Shown: positions 49,001 through 58,000 of the stretch, piece after piece
Position numbering within the stretch: position 1 is the first letter of the stretch
How the letters are laid out: each line of letters starts with the position of its first letter
NCBI RefSeq assembly: GCF_035594765.1
Contig: NC_085844.1
Coordinates: forward strand, 209,886,107 to 209,950,106
Direction of reading: 5' to 3'
Source of the DNA: Anolis carolinensis
Lineage: Eukaryota
DNA: 64,000 nt
Position numbers and translations under genes: made by a program
The notes under the pieces: generated by a model
Seen by the model: the letters and a program-made list of their open reading frames with translations, nothing else
What the model was told of the DNA's origin: nothing
Database searches by the model: none

Positions 49001-52000
49001 GCTTGCTAATCCTTTCACAGAGTCCTGGAGCTGGAGAGAACTTCAAAGATCATGTAGTCCAGTCTCCAAAGCAGCAAAAAGCCCTACATGTAACCTCCTG
49101 TCACCATTTTGGGAGGGACTGCAGAGGAAGTCAGATATTTGTGTGTAATACCATATCTTAATTGTTTTCATACATTTGAGAGAGTTCCACATGGGTTTTT
49201 CAATGGGGGGGAGTAAATTCACAAAAGCTATGCTGATTTTTCTCCTTTAAATTGGGGAATTGGTGGGAAGTTCAGAAAAACCATTCCTGCTCTGAACCCA
49301 ATTCCTTCAGCCTTTTCTCTTGCCAGTCAGCCCAAAATTTTATTTGCCTCACTGCGATGCTAGGAATGCAATCCTCATGCCAAGGTTTTTGTACGCTGGG
49401 CTGGCAAACAAATTATAATATCCCTCCAGGTGCAGGAAGAAATATACTCCAAAGCCTCTCAAGCAGCCATTCAACATTCATTGTGAGTAAATGAAATAGT
49501 CAACATATTATTATTACTTAAAGGGCTCACGTCCCGCAAATCATCCTAAAACGAACAGGCCAGAAGCTGTATGCAGCACAGTCATTCCCAACAAGCATGC
49601 CCAAAAATGCTCTGGCAGCAATAATTTTGCCCATGAGCTGGCTCTGCCCTAATGACTCACTCATTCACTTACTTTTCGGCAGATTCTCTGGTTCGCTGTC
49701 ATACCCGTTGGTTTCACCTGAAACGATATAAAGTTTCCATCAAATTTTGCTAGATGGGTGGGAATAAAAACCGCTGGAAGGCAACTGACAGGCAGATGAT
49801 CCATCATGGGACCATGGAAATGAAAACTGGGCACAGCCAGAAAAAGGCATCTGTTAACAACACATTCACTAGTTGTTGAATAAACCAACTAAAGCTCATT
49901 ACATGGTTCTGTAGAGTCGTCTTTTATGTTGTGCAGGACAAAGCACCAAGGGAGGATGCTCCACATTATACATTGTTTAATACTGCTTCACAAATTTGCA
50001 ATGCTGATTTGCAGGATGCAAATTACATAAGAAACGCACCGCTATTACAGGGTATATTAACCAATAGGGGAAGGAGAGCAAGGCCAAAACTGAAAGATGT
50101 AGCTGGTAATTCATATATTTTAAAAACAAAACAAAACATGATACTGTGGTTACTTCTTCCTTCTGTAATTTTAGTATAGTGACCTCAACACCATCCTAAG
50201 CTCCTTGAAGAAAGGGTGGCATCAAAAAGTAGTAAATATTAAGCATAGTTTTATGGTATTTTTAGGTAATTCCCAGCATTTTAGGGGGCCTGTCTATTAT
50301 TACAGTAATTTATTCCTAATATTAGGTATCCTGTGAGGAGAAATATACACATCTCAATCTTTTTACCTTTGGTAAGACAAACTTCTTTTCCTGTTTGTGA
50401 CACCAACTTCACCCGCTTCTTCCCTCGTTTGGAGTCAAATATCTCTTGTATCTTCAATACAAGCTGAAATCCAAATATAAGAGTGGAAATTAAAAGGGGG
50501 GTTGCATGCAATACAAGTGTCCAAGTGTCACCCATAGATTTCTCTTATGCAAAACTGTGGTAGGAAACTTTTCAAGGATGGTAGTCAAATACACACTAAT
50601 ACTAAAATGATTGATTTAAAGAGCAATCTGAATAACATATCTTGGAATCAAAGATCAACATAATACACAGTAATCTGCAATGTGCAGAACAAGTGTTGCA
50701 TGTGTACACTGTGAACATACAATGTCTACTTTTTTGGGCATACACTTAGCCTTTTTACCCATCTCACAATTGTTAAGATCAAGCCAAAAATATTCTAATT
50801 TATGCTGATACCGAAATACAGCTTACAAACAACTTATACAGTAGAGTCTCACTTATCCAACGTTCTGGATTATCCAATGCATTTTTGTAGTCAATGTTTT
50901 CAATATATCGTGATATTTTGGTGCTAAATTCGTAAATACAGTAATTACTACATAGTATTAATGTGTAATGAACTAGTTTTTCTGTCAAATTTGTTGTCTA
51001 ACATGATGTTTTGGTGCTTAATTTGTAAAATCATAACCTATTTTGATGTTTAATAGGATTTTTTAAATCTCTCCTTATTATCCAACATATTTGCTTATCC
51101 AACGTTCTGCCGGCCCGTTTATGTTGGATAAGTGAGACTCTACTGTAGTTACAAATGGGTATGAGACAGAAAGTAAGGTGAAATCTTCTGAACAGTGGCA
51201 CAGACAGCAAAATAAACACCACAGGGGTGTTAATCTTTTTGTATGCTATCCAAAGCTTATATGTCTCTATCTCTATCTCTCTATCTATGTATCTATCTCT
51301 TTATCTATCTATACATACATCAATACATTCATATATGGGTGGAGTTACACTTAAAATTCAACTAAAGAACAACCTAAAGAACCTATCTTGTTTGTAACTT
51401 AGAGATTGCTTGTATTCCAAGGTTTTTAGGAAAATCAATTCTCATTTGTGTTTCAAAGAGAATGTAATTCCTGCGTGATGGGATCCAGGAAGAACCACTT
51501 CCTTGACAGGAATGAGAAAAAAAAAAACAAATCCTTCAGATTACAATGAGCGCGAGAGATGGGAAGGTGGTTCCCAGTTCCTAGGCAGTCAAGGTAGGAG
51601 ATACACATCACTTTGAGTGACTGGTTTCTCCTCTCCCTCACAGAGGCATCCATGGGCTAAAAGAGAGGGTTAGTAGGAGCCCAACCTATCTAATACTATG
51701 TGAGGTGTCAGGTATCTCAAACCAAAAGCAGAGAGCTCTTTGCCTCAACATGCCAAGTCAAAGCCTGCTGACGTTCTTGCCTCAACTGCCTTCCTTATTC
51801 TTTTGAATGCAGCATCCAGGCTAGTCTTCTCTTGCTGATCTTTAAGAATGTATTCAGCATTCCAAGCAAAGGCAATAGGGTGGAGTTCAGATCACCACAA
51901 ATAGCACATAAATACAAAAACGCCAGGTAAATCTACTCATAGTTCCAGCCCTTTCCTTGACCGAAGGAACCTTAGCGAGGTCAGGAGCAGAGAGGCAAAA

Positions 52001-55000
52001 AGGAACTGCGGAGATCCAGTCTGCTGCCCTAGGGCCAGGGCGGCACACATGGAGTGTGACTTGACCTTAGGACACAACTGCCCTTACGCAGGAAGCACTG
52101 TGTTTCCGCCATGAGCTTTCTTCTGACTCTTTTCCGCTCCTCCAAAGTTTTCCCAGGTTTGATCTTAATTCTGCTATAGCCATTGCACAATTTACCCAAC
52201 AGTTTAGTGTTTGTAGAGGTAAAACATAAAAAGCATGGCAGAAGGGGATACAAGTGTCTAGGTCACAAGGAAACACACACTAGGAAACTGCAACCATCTG
52301 CAACACAGCTGTGTTTATGAAAATGCTCATCTCCTCCAAACACAGTGACAGCAGAGAACCACCACAGCTATGAAGCCTGCAGGGGTTTCAAGAATCCACA
52401 AGTAGTCAGTCATTCAAATATGGTGTCAGAATTAGAACTTGGGAAAGTCATCTATTTGGACTGTTGCTTTCAGGTGCCTCCAGCTTTTATGGTCTAATCA
52501 GAAAGGTGGAAATAGCAGCACATGCTTTTCAATCTGGGTTGACCCAGATGCTTTCCTGGCTTATTTGGGCATCCCTCCAGCAACGGCAGCCAAGTCCTAC
52601 AAGTTCAGGGTGAGAAAATAACATGCACTTCCTCACTGAGCAAATCACTCCCATATTTTTGGAGGCAATCTGGGGGTCTTTAGGCAAGGTCACTTTGTCT
52701 GAAGAAGGTTGCTTATGTGGGATATTTCATCATTCCTCCTGGCTGAATGTTTCTAATAAGCTTTGCATGCTGAAAGAAATACTAAAGTGTATTTACACAG
52801 CAAGCTTGGCTCAGGCTCCACTTCCCTAAACCTATTATTTTCTCAATCGTAGCAGAAATGCATTCCCACTAGGCTATATTGCTCAAATAGATGCCAGGGT
52901 TGTGAATTCTTACTGTTCAAATTGCTAGCTAGACAACAATGTCTCAACTGTGGCTGCTTCTCTACAGTGTTTCCTTACTGGAATTTAGTTAATAGAACTA
53001 GGGTGTATTTGTCCTTCTGAGCTTTGTTAGGAATGACTACTAGCATCTGGAAGATGATCTAAAAAGCACAAAGTAGACAGGAGTCCAATTTCTTCAATGC
53101 GTAGGCAGCCTAAAATTCAATCATGTCATGATTCTCTGACTCCACCATGCATGCATCTCTGTTACACACTCACTCGCAGGAAGGAGTGGCAGGAAGCATG
53201 TCAGGAAAATTATATTCAGGTTTTATGAAACAGTCTCATTCTTAACAAGCTATTCACCAGCTTTAAGCCACAAAATGGTTTGGAGGTCAAACGTTAAGTC
53301 GGGAATAAGCAGCCTCAAAGAAAGCCCAGGCAGAACAAAATGAACTTGGGGTCACTTTGAACCTTGGTGCAAAAACCACTGACCAAATGCAAATAACTTG
53401 TGTACGAATCGCACACTGCCCCATATTGTTTGCCTGATACATACAACAGGACAGCAGCACCCAGAGCAACAAAGGGGTGAATTTAATCCCTGCCAAACTC
53501 AGTTCCAGATGTTCTCCTGATTCACGGCTCTGAAGGAACATTTTCCTTGCCAAAATTCCAAGAGCATGATCTTGACCTCAATAGACAACAAACAAAAACA
53601 TTTTTAAGCCTTTACATGGATCAGATAACTTGGAATTAGTTTACACTTTTTGAATACTGTGGAATTAAAGTTCTAATTCATTTTATGGGCAAGTTCCAGC
53701 ACACATCACACTCCTTCAAAAATACATCAGTGCAGTGTATAGGTGAAAAAGAAGCATGTCTTTCAAAGAAGAAAACGAGAACTTCCACAGTGTGCCAGAT
53801 TCAGCCCAAACAAAGCCAAGGTCAAATCCCTACTCAGATATGAAGCTAGCTGGACCAACAGAACTAACCAAACTAACCCATCAAACAGTAAAAGCAAGAA
53901 GAAAAAATACAACATACTTAGATATTTAGTACAGGTTGAGTATCCCTTATCCGAAATGCTTGGGACCAGAAGTATTTTGGATTTCAGGATTTTGCATTTA
54001 CATAATGAGATGTCTTGGAGAGGGGACCCAAGTTTAAACACCAAATTCATTTATATTCATTCATAAACCTTATATGCACAGTCTGAAGGTAATTTTAGAC
54101 AATATTTGTTGTGAATCAAATGAAGTTTGTGTACCTTGAACCATCAGAAGACAAAGGTGCTACTATTCCAGCCATCTGTGTGGGCAATTTCGAATTTTCA
54201 CAATTTCAGATTTGGAATTCTGGATAAGCAATGCTCAACCTATACTGTTAATTAGGAAGTGTACCAGAGAAGAGAGGGTTCAGATGCTTTCTAAGCTTAA
54301 CTAGTAGATACATCTTACAAGTGTGATAAATGAAATCAAAAGGATTATGAAACAGAAAGGTACTGTGCAGATGTGCTGGATCAGAGCTTCTGGGACAGTA
54401 TGTGAGTTTTTGGACTACAAATCCTAGAATCGCGATTCTATAAGCTGTAGTTCAGAAGAGGGGAGATTTTTCCCACACACTACTACCATGTTTCCCCGAA
54501 AATAAGACAGTGTGTCTTATATTAATTTTTCCTCCCAAAGATGTGCTAGGTCTTATTTTCAGGGGATGTCTTATTTTTCCATGAAGAAGAATTCACATTT
54601 ATTGTTGAACAAAAAAATGAACATTTATTATATACTGTACAGTAGTTGTCATCACAAACCAGCATAACCAGACAAACTGTGAATCCTATCAAGAATTTCT
54701 TGTTACTACCAATATTTCCATGTACAACACTCTATGGTACATGCATTTACTGATCCTGCATGCTCTGGTGTTCTGTTTGTTGGGCATGCTTCCAAACGAA
54801 AACTTTGCTAGGTCTTACTTTTGGGGGAGGCATTATATTTAGCAATGCAGCAAAACCTCTACTAGGTCTTATTTTCTGAGGATGTCTTATTTTAGGGGAA
54901 ACAGGGTACCTGGGAATTTATTGGGAATTAATCATCCTAAAAAGAAACTTTTCCACGCACTGGAGTAGGAAAGTGAGCAACAGGAACTACCTCAAAGGTG

Positions 55001-58000
55001 CTTGTGACATTCGGAGAAGGATAGGGAAGAGGAGAGAGGATTGCATCTGCCCAGCAACAAAAATATTAATATGTTGTTTTACCCGGGGAAGATTCTTCCT
55101 CTTCCTGCTTCCAGCCTCGCCTGCTTTGAAGAACTTCCATTCGGTCAGCGTAACGGGAAGAGTTGTGTCTTTCGCCAGCTTCCCACGCAGGCAGATCCGG
55201 GTGGTTTTGAGCTCCAAGGTTTTGCGATGAAAAAAGTGTGGTTTTGGGGGAAGCTGAAGAGAGGAGGGAGAAATGGACAGAGAGAGTGAAGAAAAGCGAG
55301 AATGAGCAAATGCTTCCCTAGGAAACTGAATGAAAATATGTACCCACAATTTGTAAAACAGAGTTTTTGCCAATACTGTAGACTGCTTGGTTTTTCTAGC
55401 AGAAACAATATGGGGGAACAAAAAGAATGGAAATAATTCATGGGGAAACAGCATAAGCAGGGAGATCTCCTTGTCTGTTTTCCTCTATTTTACAATATAT
55501 TTATTTATTATGAAGGCTAAACTCTACAAAATGCCAAGCAAGTCAGTACAAGTGGTTCTCATTAAAAAAAATTCTCTCTCTTAGGGGTGTATCCTGTAGG
55601 CCCCATGCATCATATTAATCATCATTCTCATCATCTGCACTACCATTTGACAATCCACCAAATATTTAAATAACTGGGTGCTTTGGATAACCTGGTTCCT
55701 GCTGTAACCACCAGCTAACCCAACCCACCGAGAAAACAAAATATCTAAGGATTTCATGATTCTCAATTTCAAAGCTATTGGTGGATGGCAGATCATTTTG
55801 TATCTAAATACACCTTTCCCCCTAAAACCAGAAATGAACTTTTCATCACTTTTGAAACAAAATTAGCAGGTGTATGCATGTGCCTTCAGGTCGCCTGTCA
55901 GTTTAGGGCAACCTCATGAGTTTCAATGGCTTTTCTTAGGCAAGGAATACTCAACAAGTAGTTTTGTTAGTTCCTGCCTCTAAAATTAATAATCTCTGTA
56001 AGAAGTGCTAACCAGAGCTGCCTCTCCTTAGTTTCAGGTCAAATATAATCTGGTGCTTTTAGGGTATTTAGGCCCTGAAAAAGTGAGTAGGTATGGCTGT
56101 TCGACCCTATCCAACTGCCTACCTTTAAACAAAAAAAACATGGTTCTTATGTACCATATAGAGGCGATGATGCAGTACACTGTAGGTCAGAAATATGGAG
56201 GTGGAAAATCAGCCTGTAGACCCTTGAACATTTCCCATTTCCCATTTAAAGACGAACTACCAGATATAAAAAAAATGAAAGGGAAAAGTTCAAGAAAAAG
56301 GAATAAAAGGGACAGAGCATTTTTGTCATGGAAATGGACTCAAGAGATTTAAATGAAAGGAAGAAGAACAGAAGTCAAATTTTTTCTTTTATACTTTTTC
56401 TTTTTTTTTTCCTTTTTGCCCGTTTCCGCTCCTCTGTACCCCCCCTTTTCTCTCTCCCATAGTTTTTCCCTCTTTTTTTATCTGTGGTGTGTTATTATTA
56501 TTTTTTTTAGCTTTATGGTAATATTTTAAAATTTTTCAATAAAAATATTTTTTAAAAACATTTCCCATTTCAAATATAATTCAAACACTACAAAAGTCCC
56601 GTATTCACAAGAAGTTTTGGAATGGGCAACACAGAAACCCATGAATCTTCAAGGAGAAAAACAATCTTGGGTGGCCTGAAGAAATAAAGCTTTTATCAAA
56701 ATTGAACAACAAGAAATCTCACTACTCCTTCTTCTACTTCCATGTACAAAAAGCATTCACCCGAAGCTCTTTCTCCTTTTCAACAAACAAGCTTCATTCA
56801 CTAGATATGCATTTAATCTCTGGAAAAATACTGAAACTGGACAATGCTGGCAGCTAATGTACCTACTAGCATTGTGATGGTCAATTTATTCCATCAAATA
56901 ATTTATCACCTGAAAATCAGAAAGGGAATTTTTGGGGCAGGGAGAGAATTTTGAATCAAAACTGTTAGGCACAATGTGTAGAAATGCCATGGAAAAGGCC
57001 TTAGCCTGAGTAAAGTGACCATCTAATTGTGAAGGAATTTCAGGCTGATGGACCCCAATGGGAATGCAGGGAACTACCATATGCAGAATCAGACAATTTG
57101 ACTGAACCTTTTTTAAAAACAAAGTATAATCGAGTACTCGATTTCATCCTAATCTTCAGTTTTGAATTGCTACAAAAATAAAACAGCTTTTATGACCAAC
57201 TGCGTAGTACTTGGTGCAGTTAATACTAATGGTTAGCCTAGAGTTTCCAGAAGGAGTTTTTTCAACCATTATCTGAAAATTCTGCAGATTCAACTTAGGA
57301 AGTTTTGTAAGCAGACTATGAGCTTTTTCACTGAGCTAATGATCTTCTTCCCTCTTTCATCTGTAGGCAAGAGTGCTATGCAGATAAGTTGCTAAACGGT
57401 GTCTTTACCTTGGGTGGCTTGATGGTGTTACGGGGTGGAGGCAGCTTCCAAGCAGAAGGGATCCTCCAAAGAGGCTTCACTTTGATATCCTCATACAGGT
57501 TCTCCTTCACAGGATCTAGGGAAAAGAAGTGTCTTGAAAGTGAGAGGTGGAGGGAGAGAGCACCAACTCTATCACACTTGCTGGCAAAAAAAAGAGGGAG
57601 GGGGGGGGGGAAGAGGAGGGAAAAAGAGGAAATGAACGGAACCTACATCTTACATCAACTATTGCCAGCAAGAATGAAAGAAAAGGGATATTAGGAGAGG
57701 GGATCCTTACACATAACAATAAACAGAATTTTATCTTATCCTGGTTTATTAAAATGGGCTTCATGTTAGTATAAGTCACTATGTTCATTCTGCTCTGATC
57801 CAGCTCTTCCTGCTACATGAGCAGATAAACAAACCGGATATTGAGATTTTTGTGTCACATCTGAACAGGGCATCATGATTTTTTTATTCCAAAAACAACA
57901 ATGTTTGCGAACCAACAACAAAGTTTGCAGGAGCAAACAGCTTTTTGACAGTAATCCAGGATAAACCAGGAATCCTGGTTTACTGTTATGTGCAAACCGG

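Noticed and set aside
51900-52280. Possible alternative first exon or internal promoter of DENND2C (74-aa ORF)
   Set aside because: It has no clear donor, CpG island or homology. The DENND2C frame is complete without it.
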